Source: Eledone cirrhosa (lineage: Eukaryota). Taken from it: a stretch of DNA of 64,000 nucleotides. The stretch is from assembly GCA_964016885.1 (NCBI GenBank), contig OZ024740.1:15996001-16060000 (forward strand), read 5' to 3'. The translations under genes and the position numbers were made by a program. Of this stretch, positions 23,480 to 36,784 are shown piece by piece. A model generated the notes under the pieces. The model was given only the letters and a program-made list of their open reading frames with translations. It was not told the DNA's origin and ran no database searches. Position 1 is the stretch's first letter. Every line of letters begins with the position of its first letter.

Positions 23480-26420
23480 CAGAAGGTCTTCAGAGAAGAA
23501 ACTGTCAGGAGAGCTGGACAGTAGGTCTTCAGAGAAGAAACTCTCGGAAGTGCTGGACAGCAGAAGGTCTTCAGAGAAGAAACTCTCAGAAGAGCTAGAC
23601 AGCAGGTCTTCAGAGAAGAAACTCTCGGGAGAGCTGGACAGCAGAAAATGTTCAGAGAAGAAACTGTCAGGAGAGCTAGACAGCAGAAGGTCTTCAGAGA
23701 AGAAACTCTCAGAAGAGCTAGACAGCAGGTCTTCAGAGAAGAAACTCTCGGGAGAGCTGGACAGCAGAAGGTCTTCGGAGAAGAAACTCTCAGGAGAACT
23801 GGACAGCAGAAGGTCTTTAGAGAAGAAACTGGCAGGAGAGCTAGACAGCAGAAGGTCTTCAGAGAAGAAACTGTCAGGAGAGCTGGACAGCAGAATGTCT
23901 TTAGAGAAGAAACTGTCAGGAGAGCTGGACAGAAGAAGGTCTTTAGAGAAGAAACTCTCAGGAGAGCTGGACAGTAGAAGTTCTTCAGAGAAGAAACTGT
24001 CAGGAGACCTGGACAGCAGAAGGTCTTTAGAGAAGAAACCCTCAGGAGAGCTGTCCAGCAGAAGGTCTTCAGAGAAGAAACTGTCAGGAGAGCTAGACAG
24101 CAGATGGTCTTCAGCGAAGAAACTCTCAGAAGTGTTGTACAGCAGAAGGTCTTCAGAGAAGAAACTCTCAGAAGAGCTAGACAGCAGGTCTTCAGAGAAG
24201 AAACTCTCGGGAGAGCTGGACAGCAGAAGGTCTTCAGAGAAGAAACTCTCGGGAGAGCTAGACAGTAGAAGGTCTTCAGAAAAGAAACTCTCAGGAGAGC
24301 TAGACAGCAGAAGGTCTTCAGAGAAGAAACTCTCAGGAAAGTTGGACAGCAGAAGGTCTGCAGAGAAGAAACTCTCAGGAGAGCTGGACAGCAGAAGGTC
24401 TTCAGGGAAGAAATTCTCGGTAGAGCTGGATAGCAGCAGGTCTTCAGAAAAGAAACTCTCAGGAGAGCTAGACAGCAGAAGGTCTTCAGAGAAGAAACTC
24501 TCAGGAGAGCTAGAAAGCAGAAGGTCTTTAGAGAAGAAACTTTCAGGAGAACTAGACAGCAGAAGGTCTTCAGAGAAGAAACTCTCAGGAGAGCTGGAGA
24601 GCAGAAGGTCTTCAGAGAAGAAGCTCTCGGGAGAGTTGGACAGCAGAAGGTCTTCAGAAAAGAAACTCTCAGGAGAGCTAGACAGCAGAAGGTCTTCAGA
24701 GAAGAAAGTCTTAGGAGAGCTGGACAGCAGAAGGTCTTCAGAGAAGAAACTCTCAGGAGAGCTGGATAGCAGAATGTCTTCAGAGAAGAAACTCTCGGGA
24801 GAGCTGGACAGCAGAAGGTCTTTAGAGAAGAAACTCTCAGGAGAGCTAGACAGCAGAAGGTCTTCAGAGAAGAAACTCTCAAGAGAGTTGGACAGCAGAA
24901 GGTCTTCAGAGAACAAACTCACGGGAGGGCTGGACAGCAGAAGGTCTTCAGAGAAGAAACTCTCGGGAGAGCTGGACAGCAGAAGGTCTTCAGAGAAGAA
25001 ACTCTCGGGAGAGCTGAGACATCAGAAGGTCTTCAGAGAAGAAACTCTCGGTAGAGCTGGACAGCAGAAGGTCTTCAGAGAAGAAACTGTCAGTAGAGGT
25101 GGACAGTAGGTCTTCAGAGAAGAAACTCTCGGGAGTGCTGGACAGCAGAAGGTCTTTAGAGAAGAAACTCTCAGAAGAGCTAGACAGCAGAAGGTCTTCA
25201 GAGAAGAAACTCTCAGAAGAGCTAGACAGCAGGTCTTCAGAGAAGAAACTCTCGGGAGAGCTGGACAGCAGAAAATGTTCAGAGAAGAAACTGTCAGGAG
25301 AGCTAGACAGCAGAAGGTCTTCAGAGAAGAAACTCTCAGAAGAGCTAGACAGCAGGTCTTCAGAGAAGAAACTCTCGGGAGAGCTGGACAGCAGAAGGTC
25401 TTCGGAGAAGAAACTCTCAGGAGAACTGGACAGCAGAAGGTCTTTAGAGAAGAAACTGGCAGGAGAGCTAGACAGCAGAAGGTCTTCAGAGAAGAAACTG
25501 TCAGGAGAGCTGGATGGCAGAATGTCTTTAGAGAAGAAACCCTCAGGAGAGCTGGCCAGCAGAAGGTCTTCAGAGAAGAAACTGTCAGGAGAGCTGGACA
25601 GCAGATGGTCTTCAGCGAAGAAACTCTCAGAAGAGTTGGACAGCAGAAGGTCTTCAGAGAAGAAACTCTCAGAAGAGCTAGACAGCAGGTCTTCAGAGAA
25701 GAAACTCTCGGGAGAGCTGGACAGCAGAAGGTCTTCAGAGAAGAAACTCTCGGGAGAGCTAGACAGCAGAAGGTCTTCAGAAAAGAAACTCTCAGGAGAG
25801 CTAGACAGCAGAAGGTCTTCAGAGAAGAAACTCTCAGGAGAGTTGGACAGCAGAAGGTCTGAAGAGAAGAAACTCTCAGGAGAGCTGGACAGCAGAAGGT
25901 CTTCAGGGAAGAAAGTCTCGGTAGAGCTGGACAGCAGCAGGTCTTCAGAAAAGAAACTCTTAGGAGAGCTAGACAGCAGAAGGTCTTCAGAGAAGAAACT
26001 CTCAGACAGCAAAAGGTCTTTAGAGAAGAAACTTTCAGGAGAACTAGACAGCAGAAGGTCTTCAGAGAAGAAACTCTCAGAGAGCTGGAGAGCAGAAGGT
26101 CTTCAGAGAAGAAGCTCTCGGGAGAGTTGGACAGCAGAAGGTCTTCAGAGAAGAAACTCTCAGGAGAGCTAGACAGCAGAAGGTCTTCAGAGAAGAAAGT
26201 CTTAGGAGAGCTGGACAGAAGAAGGTCTTCAGAGAAGAAATTCTCAGGAGAGCTGGATAGCAGAAGGTCTTCCGAGAAGAAACTCTCGGGAGAGCTGGAC
26301 AGCAGAAGGTCTTCAGAGAAGAAACTCTCAAGAGAGCTGGACAGCAGAAGGTCTTCAGAGAACAAACTCACGGGAGGGCTGGACAGCAGAAGGTCTTCAG
26401 AGAAGAAACTCTCGGGAGAG
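23480..26420 (+). repeat. Diverged two-copy block (offsets ~1450-1630 bp)
   Basis: Shared rare variants TCTTCGGAG, AAACTGGCAGG, TTCAGGGAAG, CTGGAGAGC, AAAGTCTTAGG and ACGGGAGGGC. ORF pair 23648/25275. Confidence 0.75.
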
Positions 26421-29378
26421 CTGGACAGCAGGAGGTCTTCAGAGAAGAAACTCTCGGGAGAGCTAGACAGCAGAAGGTCTTCAGAGAAGAAACTCTCGGT
26501 AGAGCTGGACAGCAGGAGGTCTTCAGAGAAGAAACTCTCAGGAGAACTGGACAGCAGAAGGTCTTTAGAGAAGAAACTGTCAGGAGAGCTGGACAGTAGA
26601 AGGTCTTCAGAGAAGAAACTGTCAGGAGAGCTAGACAGCAGAAGGTCTTCAGAGAAGAAACTGTCAGGAGAGCTGGACAGCAGAAGGTCTTTAGAGAAGA
26701 AACTGTCAGGAGAGCTGGACAGTAGAAGGTCTTTAGAGAAGAAACTCTCAGGAGAGCTGGACAGTAGAAAGTCTTCAGAGAAGAAACTGTCAGGAGACCT
26801 GGACAGCAGAAGGTCTTTAGAGAAGAAACCCTCAGGAGAGCTGGCCAGCAGAAGGTCTTCAGAGAAGAAACTGTCAGGACAGCTGGACAGCAGATGGTCT
26901 TCAGCGAAGAAACTCTCAGAAGAGTTGGACAGCAGAAGGTCTTCAGAGAAGAAACTCTCAGGAGAGCTGGACAGCAGAAGGTCTTCAGAGAAGAAACTCT
27001 CAGGAGAGCTGGACAGCAGAAGGTCTTTAGAGAAGAAACTGTCAGGAGAGCTGGACAGCAGAAGGTCTTCAGAGAAGAAACTCTCATGAGAGCTGGACAG
27101 CATAAGGTCTGCAGAAAAAAAACTCTCAGGAGAGCTAGACAGCAGGTCTTCAGAGAAGAAACTCTAGGGAGAGCTTAACAGCAGAAGGTCTTCAGAGAAG
27201 AAACTCAGGAGAGCTAGACAGCAGAAGGTCTTCAGAGAAGAAACTCTCAGGAGAGCTGGACAGCAGAAGGTCTTCAGAGGAGAAACTCTCAGGAGAGCTA
27301 GGCAGCAGAAGGTCTTCAGAGAAGAAACTCTCAGGAGAGCTGGACAGCAGAAGGTCTTCAGAGGAGAAACTCTCAGGAGAGCTGGATTGCAGAAGGTCTT
27401 AAGAGAAGAAACTCTTGGGAGAGCTGGACAACAGAATGTCTTTAGAGGAGAAACTGTCAGGCGAGCTAGACAGCAGAAGGTCTTCAGAGAAGAAAATGTC
27501 AGGAGAGCTGGACATAGAAGGTCTTTAGAGAAGAAATCTCAGGAGACCTGGACAGCAGAAGGTCTTCAGAAAAGAAACTGTCATGAGAGCTGGACAGCAG
27601 AAGGTCTTCAGAGAAGAAACTCTCAGGAGAGCTAGACAGCAGGTCTTCAGAGAAGTAACTCTTGGGAGAGCTGGACAGCAGAAGGTCTTCAGAGAAGAAA
27701 CTCAGGAGAGCTAGACAGCAGAAAATCTTCAGAGAAGAAACTCTCGGGAGTGCTGGACAGCAGAAGGTCTTTAGAGAAGAAACTCTCAGGAGAGCTAGAC
27801 AGCAGAAGGTCTTTAGAGAAGAAACTGTCAGGAAAGCTGGACAGCAGAAGGTCTTCAGAGAAGAAACTCTCAGGAGAGCTAGACAGCAGAAGGTCCTTAG
27901 AGAAGAAACTCTCAGGAGATATAGACAACAGAAGGTCTTCAGAGAAGAAACTCTCAGGAGAGCTGGATAGCAGAAGGTCTTCAGAGAAGAAACTCTTGGG
28001 AGAGCTGGACAGCAGAAGGTCTTTAGAGAAGAAACTCTCAGGCGAGCTAGACAGCAGAAGGTCTTCAGAGAAGAAACTCTCAGGAGAGCTGGACAGCAGA
28101 AGGTCTTCAGAGAAGAAACTCTCAGGAGAGCTGGACAGCAGAAGGTCTACAGAAAAAAAACTCTCAGGAGAGCTAGACAGCAGAAGGTGTTCAGAGAAGA
28201 AACTCTCCAGAGAGCTGGACTCAGAAGGTCTTCAGAGAAGAAACTCTCAGGAGAGCTGGACTCAGAAGGACTTCAGAGAAGAAACTGTCAGGAGAGCTGG
28301 AGAGTAGAAGGTCTTCAGAGAAGAAACTGTCAGGAGACCTGGACATCAGAAGGTCTTCAGAGAAGAAACTCTCAGGAGAGCTAGACAGCAGAAGGTCTTC
28401 AGAGATTAAACTGTCAGGAGAGCTGGACAGTAGGTCTCCAGAGAAGAAACTCTCGGGAGAGCTGGACAGCAGAAGGTCTTTAGAGAAGAAACTCTCAGGA
28501 GAGCTGGACAGTAGAAGGTCTTTAAAGAAGAAACTCTCAGGAGAGCTGGACAGCAGAAGGTCTTCAGAGAAGAAACTGTCAGGAGAGCTGGACAGCAGAA
28601 GGTCTTTAGAGAAGAAACTCTCAGGAGAGCTAGACAGCAGAAGGTCCTCAGAAAACAAACTGTCATGAGAGCTGGACAGCAGAAGATCCTCAGAGAAAAA
28701 ACTCTCAGGTGAGCTAGACACCAGAAGGTCTTCAGAGAAGAATCTCTCACGAGAGCTGGACAGCATAAGGTCTTCAGAGAAAAAGCTCTCGGGAGAGCTA
28801 GACAGCAGAAGGTCTTCAGAGAAGAAACTCGGACGAGAGCTAGACATCAGAAGGTCTTCAGAGAAAAAACTCTCAGGAGAGATAGACAGCAGAAGGTCTT
28901 CAGGGAAGAAACTCTCAGGAGAGATGAACAGCAGATGGTCTTCAGAGAAGAAACTCTCAGGAGAGCTGGACAGCAGAAAGTCTTCAGAGAAGAAACTCTC
29001 AGAAGAGCTAGACAGCAGAAGGTCTTCAGAGAAGAAACTCCCAGGAGAGCTGGACAGCAGAAGGTCTTCAGAAAAGAAACTCTTAGGAGAGCTGGATAGA
29101 AGAAGGTCTTCAGAGAAGAAACTCTCGGGAGAGCTGGACAGCAGAAGGTCTTTAGGGAAGAAACTCTCAGGAGAGCTAGACAGCAGAAGGTCTTCAGAGA
29201 AGAAACTGTCAGGAGAGGTGGACAGCAGAAGGTCTTTAGAGAAGAAACTGTCAGGAGAGCTGGACAGCAGAAGGTCTTTATAGAAGAAACTCTCAGGAGA
29301 GCTGGATAGCAGAAGGTCTTCAGAGAAGAAACTCTGAGGAGAGCTGGACAGCAGAAGGTCTTTAGAGAAGAAACTGTC

Positions 29379-32300
29379 AGGAGAGCTGGACAGTAGAAGG
29401 TCTTCAGAGAAGAAACTGTCAGGAGACCTGGACAGCAGAATGTCTTTAGAGAAGAAACTCTCAGGAGAGCTGGCCAGCAGAATGTCTTCAGAGAAGAAAC
29501 TGTCAGAAGGGCTGGACAGCAGAAGGTCTTCAGAGAAGAAACTCTCAGGAGGGCTAGACAGCAGAAGGTCTTCAGAGATGATACTGTCAGCATAGCTGGA
29601 TAGAAGAAGGTCTTCAGAGAAGAAACTCTCGGGAGAGCTGGACAGCAGAAGGTCTTTAGAGAAGAAACTCTCAGGAGAGCTAGACAGTAGAAGGTCTTTA
29701 GACATGAAACTCTCAGGAGAGCTACACAGCAGAAGGTCTTCAGAGAAGAAACTTTCAGGAGAGATGGACAGCAGAAGGTCTTCAGAGAAGAAACTCGCAG
29801 GAGAGCTAGACAGCAGAAGGTCTTCAGAGAAGAAACTCTCAGGAGAGATGGACAGCAGAAGGTCTTCAGAGATGAAACTCTCAGGAGAGCTGGACAGCAG
29901 AAGGTCTTCAGAGAAGAAACTCTCAGGAGAGATAGACAGCAGAAGGTCTTCAGAGAAGTTACTCTCAGGAGAGATGGACAGCAGAAGGTCTTTGGAGAAG
30001 AAACTCAGGAGAGCTGGATAGCAGAAGGTCTACAGAGAAGAAACTTTCGGGAGGGCTGGACAGCAGAAGGTCTTTAGAAAAGAAACTCTCAGGAGAGCTA
30101 CACAGAAGAAGGTCTTCAGAGAAGAAACTGTCAGGAGTGCTGGACAGTAGGTCTTCAGAGAAGAAACTCTCAGGAGAGCTGGACAGCAGAAGGTCTTTAG
30201 AGAAGAAACTCTCAGGAGAGCTAGACAGCAGAAGGTCTTCAGAGAAGACAATGTCAGGAGAGCTGGACAGCAGATGGTCTTCAGAGAAGAAACTCTGAGG
30301 AGACCTGGACAGCAGAAGGTCTTCAGAGAAGCAACTCAGGAGAGCTGGACAGCAGAAGGTCTTCAAAGAAGAAACTCTCAGGAGAGCTAGACAGCAGAAG
30401 GTCTTCAGAGGAGAAACTCTCAGGAGAGATAGACAGCAGAAGGTCTTCAGAGAAGAAACTCTCAGGAGAGCTGGACAGCAGAAGGTCTTCAGAGAAGAAA
30501 CTCTCAGGAGAGCTGGACAGCAGAAGATCTTCAGAGAAGAAACTCTTAGGAGAGCTGGATAGCAGAAGGTCTTCAGAGAAGAAACTCTCGGGAGAGCTGG
30601 ACAGCAGAAAGTCTTTAGAGAAGAAACTCTCAGGAGAGCTAGACAGCAGAAGGTCTTCAGAGAAGAAACTGTCAGGAGAGCTGGACAGCAGAAGGTCTTT
30701 AGAGAAGAAACTGTCAGGAGAGCTGGACAGCAGAAGGTCTTTTGAGAAGAATCTCTCAGGAGAGCTAGACAGCAGAAGGTCTTCAGAGAAGACAATGTCA
30801 GGAGAGCTAGACAGCAGATGGTCTTCAGAGAAGAAACTCTGAGGAGAGCTGGACAGCAGAAGGTCTTCAGAGAAGAAACTCAGGAGAGCTGGACAGCAGA
30901 AGTTCTTCAGAGAAGAAACTCTCAGGAGAGCTAGACAGCAGAAGGTCTTCAGAGAAGACAATGTCAGGAGAGCTAGACAGCAGATGGTCTTCAGAGAAGA
31001 AACTCTGAGGAGAGCTGGACAGCAGAAGGTCTTCAGAGAAGAAACTCAGGAGAGCTGGACAGCAGAAGGTCTTCAGAGAAGAAACTGTCAGGAGAGCTGG
31101 ACAGAAGAAGGTCTTCAGAGAAGAAACTCTCAGGAGAGCTAGACAGCAGGTCTTCTGAGAAGATACTCTCACGAGAGCTGGACACCAGAAGGTCTTCAGA
31201 GAAGAAACTCTCAGGAGAGCTGGACAGCAGAAGGTCTTCAGAGAAGAAACTCTCAGGAGAGCTGGACAGCAGAAGGTCTACAGAAAAAAAACTCTCAGGA
31301 GAGCTAGAGAGCAGAAGGTGTTCAGAGAAGAAACTCTCCAGAGAGCTGGACTCAGAAGGTCTTCAGAGAAGAAACTCTCAGGAGAGCTGGACTCAGAAGG
31401 ACTTCAGAGAAGAAACTCTCAGGAGAGCTGGACAGCAGAAGGTCTGCAATAAAAAAACTCTCAGGAGAGCTAGACAGCAGAAAGTCCTCAGAGAAGAAAC
31501 TCTTGGGAGAGCTGGACAGCAGAAGGTCTTTAGAGAAAAAACTGTCAGGCGAGCTAGACAGCAGAAGGTCTTCAGAGGAGAAACTGTCAGGAGAGCTGGA
31601 CATAGAAGGTCTTTAGAGAAGAAACTCTCAGGAGAGCTGGACAGCAGAAGGTCTTCAGCAAAGAAACTGTCATGAGAGCTGGACAGCAGAAGGTCTTCAG
31701 AGAAGAAGCTCTCAGGAGAGCTAGACAGCAGGTCTTCAGAGAAGAAACTCTAGGGAGAGCTGGACAGCAGAAGGTCTTCAGAGAAGAAACTCAGGAGAGC
31801 TAGACAGCAGAAAATCTTCAGAGAAGAAACTGTCGGGAGTGCTGGACAGCAGAAGGTCTTTAGAGAAGAAACTCTCAGGAGATCTAGACAGCAGAAGGTC
31901 TTCAGAGAAGAAACTGTCAGGAAAGCTGGACAGCAGAAGGTCCTCAGAGAAGAAACTCTCAGGAGAGCTAGACAGCAGAAGGTCTTCAGAGAAGAAACTC
32001 TCAGGAGAGCTGGATAGCAGAAGGTCTTCAGAGAAGAAACTCTTGGGAGAGTTGGACAGCAGAAGGTCGTTAGAGAAGAAACTCTCAGGTGAGCTAGACA
32101 GCAGAGGGTCTTCAGAGAAGAAACTGTCAGGAGTGCTGTACAGCAGAAGGTCTTTAGAGAAGAAACTCTCAGGAGAGGTGGCCAGCAGAAGGTCTTCAGA
32201 GAAGAAACTCTCAGGAGAGCTAGACAGCAGAAGGTCTTCAGAGATAAAACTGTTAGGAGAGCTGGACAGTAGAAGGTCTTCAGAGAAGAAACTGTCAGGA

Positions 32301-35148
32301 GACCTGGACAGCAGAATGTCTTTAGAGAAGAAACTCTCAGGAGAGCTGGCCAGCAGAATGTCTTCAGAGAAGAAACTGTCAGAAGGGCTGGACAGCAGAA
32401 GGTCTTCAGAGAAGAAACTCTCAGGAGGGCTAGACAGCAGAAGGTCTTCAGAGATGATACTGTCAGCATAGCTGGATAGAAGAAGGTCTTCAGAGAAGAA
32501 ACTCTCGGGAGAGCTGGACAGCAGAAGGTCTTTAGAGAAGAAACTCTCAGGAGAGCTAGACAGTAGAAGGTCTTTAGACATGAAACTCTCAGGAGAGCTA
32601 CACAGCAGAAGGTCTTCAGAGAAGAAACTTTCAGGAGAGATGGACAGCAGAAGGTCTTCAGAGAAGAAACTCGCAGGAGAGCTAGACAGCAGAAGGTCTT
32701 CAGAGAAGAAACTCTCAGGAGAGATGGACAGCAGAAGGTCTTCAGAGATGAAACTCTCAGGAGAGCTGGACAGCAGAAGGTCTTCAGAGAAGAAACTCTC
32801 AGGAGAGATAGACAGCAGAAGGTCTTCAGAGAAGTTACTCTCAGGAGAGATGGACAGCAGAAGGTCTTTGGAGAAGAAACTCAGGAGAGCTGGATAGCAG
32901 AAGGTCTACAGAGAAGAAACTTTCGGGAGGGCTGGACAGCAGAAGGTCTTTAGAAAAGAAACTCTCAGGAGAGCTACACAGAAGAAGGTCTTCAGAGAAG
33001 AAACTGTCAGGAGTGCTGGACAGTAGGTCTTCAGAGAAGAAACTCTCAGGAGAGCTGGACAGCAGAAGGTCTTTAGAGAAGAAACTCTCAGGAGAGCTAG
33101 ACAGCAGAAGGTCTTCAGAGAAGACAATGTCAGGAGAGCTGGACAGCAGATGGTCTTCAGAGAAGAAACTCTGAGGAGACCTGGACAGCAGAAGGTCTTC
33201 AGAGAAGCAACTCAGGAGAGCTGGACAGCAGAAGGTCTTCAAAGAAGAAACTCTCAGGAGAGCTAGACAGCAGAAGGTCTTCAGAGGAGAAACTCTCAGG
33301 AGAGATAGACAGCAGAAGGTCTTCAGAGAAGAAACTCTCAGGAGAGCTGGACAGCAGAAGGTCTTCAGAGAAGAAACTCTCAGGAGAGCTGGACAGCAGA
33401 AGATCTTCAGAGAAGAAACTCTTAGGAGAGCTGGATAGCAGAAGGTCTTCAGAGAAGAAACTCTCGGGAGAGCTGGACAGCAGAAAGTCTTTAGAGAAGA
33501 AACTCTCAGGAGAGCTAGACAGCAGAAGGTCTTCAGAGAAGAAACTGTCAGGAGAGCTGGACAGCAGAAGGTCTTTAGAGAAGAAACTGTCAGGAGAGCT
33601 GGACAGCAGAAGGTCTTTTGAGAAGAATCTCTCAGGAGAGCTAGACAGCAGAAGGTCTTCAGAGAAGACAATGTCAGGAGAGCTAGACAGCAGATGGTCT
33701 TCAGAGAAGAAACTCTGAGGAGAGCTGGACAGCAGAAGGTCTTCAGAGAAGAAACTCAGGAGAGCTGGACAGCAGAAGTTCTTCAGAGAAGAAACTCTCA
33801 GGAGAGCTAGACAGCAGAAGGTCTTCAGAGAAGACAATGTCAGGAGAGCTAGACAGCAGATGGTCTTCAGAGAAGAAACTCTGAGGAGAGCTGGACAGCA
33901 GAAGGTCTTCAGAGAAGAAACTCAGGAGAGCTGGACAGCAGAAGGTCTTCAGAGAAGAAACTGTCAGGAGAGCTGGACAGAAGAAGGTCTTCAGAGAAGA
34001 AACTCTCAGGAGAGCTAGACAGCAGGTCTTCTGAGAAGATACTCTCACGAGAGCTGGACACCAGAAGGTCTTCAGAGAAGAAACTCTCAGGAGAGCTGGA
34101 CAGCAGAAGGTCTTCAGAGAAGAAACTCTCAGGAGAGCTGGACAGCAGAAGGTCTACAGAAAAAAAACTCTCAGGAGAGCTAGAGAGCAGAAGGTGTTCA
34201 GAGAAGAAACTCTCCAGAGAGCTGGACTCAGAAGGTCTTCAGAGAAGAAACTCTCAGGAGAGCTGGACTCAGAAGGACTTCAGAGAAGAAACTCTCAGGA
34301 GAGCTGGACAGCAGAAGGTCTGCAATAAAAAAACTCTCAGGAGAGCTAGACAGCAGAAAGTCCTCAGAGAAGAAACTCTTGGGAGAGCTGGACAGCAGAA
34401 GGTCTTTAGAGAAAAAACTGTCAGGCGAGCTAGACAGCAGAAGGTCTTCAGAGGAGAAACTGTCAGGAGAGCTGGACATAGAAGGTCTTTAGAGAAGAAA
34501 CTCTCAGGAGAGCTGGACAGCAGAAGGTCTTCAGCAAAGAAACTGTCATGAGAGCTGGACAGCAGAAGGTCTTCAGAGAAGAAGCTCTCAGGAGAGCTAG
34601 ACAGCAGGTCTTCAGAGAAGAAACTCTAGGGAGAGCTGGACAGCAGAAGGTCTTCAGAGAAGAAACTCAGGAGAGCTAGACAGCAGAAAATCTTCAGAGA
34701 AGAAACTGTCGGGAGTGCTGGACAGCAGAAGGTCTTTAGAGAAGAAACTCTCAGGAGATCTAGACAGCAGAAGGTCTTCAGAGAAGAAACTGTCAGGAAA
34801 GCTGGACAGCAGAAGGTCCTCAGAGAAGAAACTCTCAGGAGAGCTAGACAGCAGAAGGTCTTCAGAGAAGAAACTCTCAGGAGAGCTGGATAGCAGAAGG
34901 TCTTCAGAGAAGAAACTCTTGGGAGAGTTGGACAGCAGAAGGTCGTTAGAGAAGAAACTCTCAGGTGAGCTAGACAGCAGAGGGTCTTCAGAGAAGAAAC
35001 TGTCAGGAGTGCTGTACAGCAGAAGGTCTTTAGAGAAGAAACTCTCAGGAGAGGTGGCCAGCAGAAGGTCTTCAGAGAAGAAACTCTCAGGAGAGCTAGA
35101 CAGCAGAAGGTCTTCAGAGATAAAACTGTTAGGAGAGCTGGACAGTAG
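29379..35148 (+). repeat. Tandem duplication, 2876-bp period (69 monomers), apparently near-identical copies
   Basis: ORF pairs 29704/32580, 29965/32841, 30030/32906, 30323/33199, 30867/33743 and 31352/34228 have identical translations, and 31839/34715 share the same offset. 69x42-22 = 2876. Confidence 0.95.
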
Positions 35149-36784
35149 GTCTTCAGAGAAGAATCTCTCGGGAGAGCTGGACAGCAGAAGGTCTTTACAG
35201 AAGAAACTCTCAGGAGAGCTGGACAGTAGAAGGTCTTTAGAGAAGAAACTCTCAGGAGAGCTGGACAGCAGAAGGTCTTCAGAGAAGAAACTGTCAGGAG
35301 AGCTGGACAGCAGAAGGTCTTCAGAAAACAAACTGTCATGAGAGCTGGACAGCAGAAGGTCCTCAGAGAAGAAACTCTCAGGTGAGCTAGACATCAGAAG
35401 GTCTTCAGAGAAGAAACTCTCACGAGAGCTGGAAAGCAGAAGGTCTTCAGAGAAGAAACTCTCAGGAGAGCTGGACAGCAGAAGGTCTTCAGAGAAGAAA
35501 CTCTCAGGAGAGCTGGACAGCAGAAGGTCTTTAGAGGAGAAACTCTCAGGAGAGCTAGACAGCAGAAGGTCTTCAGAGAAGAAACTCTCCGGAGAGCTGG
35601 ACAGCAGAAGGTCTTCAGAGAAGAAACTCTGAGGAGAGCTGGACAGCAGAAGGTCTTCAGAGAAGAGATTCTGAGAAGAGTTGTACAGTAGGTCTTCAGA
35701 GAAGAAACTCTCACGAGAGCTGGACAGCAGAAGGTCTTCAGAGATGAAAGTCTCAGGAGAGCTAGACAGCAGAAGGTCTTCATAGAAGAAACTCTCAGGA
35801 GAGCTGGACAGCAGAAGGTCCTCAGAGAAGAAACTCTCAGGTGAGCTAGACACCAGAAGGTCTTCAGAGAAGAAACTCTCACAAGAGCTGGACAGCAGAA
35901 GGTCTTCAGAGAAGAAGCTCTCGGAAGAGCTGGACAGCAGAAGGTCTTCAGAGAAGAAACTCTGAGGAGAGCTGGACACCAGAAGGTCTTTAGAGAAGAA
36001 ACTCTCAGGAGAGCTAGACAGCAGAAGGTCTTCAGAGAAGAAACTATCACGAGAGCTGGACAGCAGAAGGTCTTCAGTGAAGAAACTGTCAGGAGAGCTG
36101 GACAGCAGAAGGTCTTCAGAGAAGAAACTGTCAGGAGAGCTGGACAGCAGAAGGTCTTTAGAGAAGAAACTCTCAGGAGAGCTAGACAGCAGAAGGTCTT
36201 CAGAAAACAAACTGTCATGAGAGCTGGACAGCAGAAGGTCCTCAGAGAAGAAACTCTCAGGCGAGCTAGACACCCGAAGGTCTTCAGAGAAGAAACTCTC
36301 ACGAGAGCTAGACAGCAGAAGGTCTTCAGTGAAGAAACTGTCAGGAGAGCTGGACAGCAGAAGGTCTTCAGAGAAGAAACTCTCAGGAGAGATGGACAGC
36401 AGAAGGTCTTCAGCGAAGAAACTGTCAGGAGAGCTGGACAGCAGAAGGTCTTCAGAGAAGAAACTCTCAGGAGAGCTAGACAGCAGAATGTCTTCACAGA
36501 AGTAACTTTCGGGAGTGCTGGACAGCAGAAGGTCGTTAGAGAAGAAACTCCCAGGAGAGCTAAACAGCAGGAGGTCTTCAGAGAAGACACTGTCAGGAGA
36601 GCTGGACAGCAGATGGTCTTCAGAGAAGAAACTCAGGAGAGCTGGACAGCAGAAGGTCTTCAGAGAAGAAACTCTCAGAAGAGCTAGACAGCAGAAGGTC
36701 TTCAGAGGAGAAACTCTCAGGAGCGCTAGACAGCAGAAGGTCTTCAGAGGAGAAACTCTCAGGAGAGCTAGACAGCAGAAGGTC

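Larger units (their letters stand above)
1..27070 (+). repeat. Left satellite sub-family domain
   Basis: Diagnostic variants: GAGAACAAACTCACGGG (e.g. ~1436, 2689, 8115, 11581, 16099, 19274, 22118, 24909, 26358), 41-bp monomers GAGATAAACTCTC and TTCAGAGAGAAACTGTC, and frequent CTCTCGGG. I saw no 40-bp AAACTCAGG monomers here. Boundary approximate. Confidence 0.8.
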
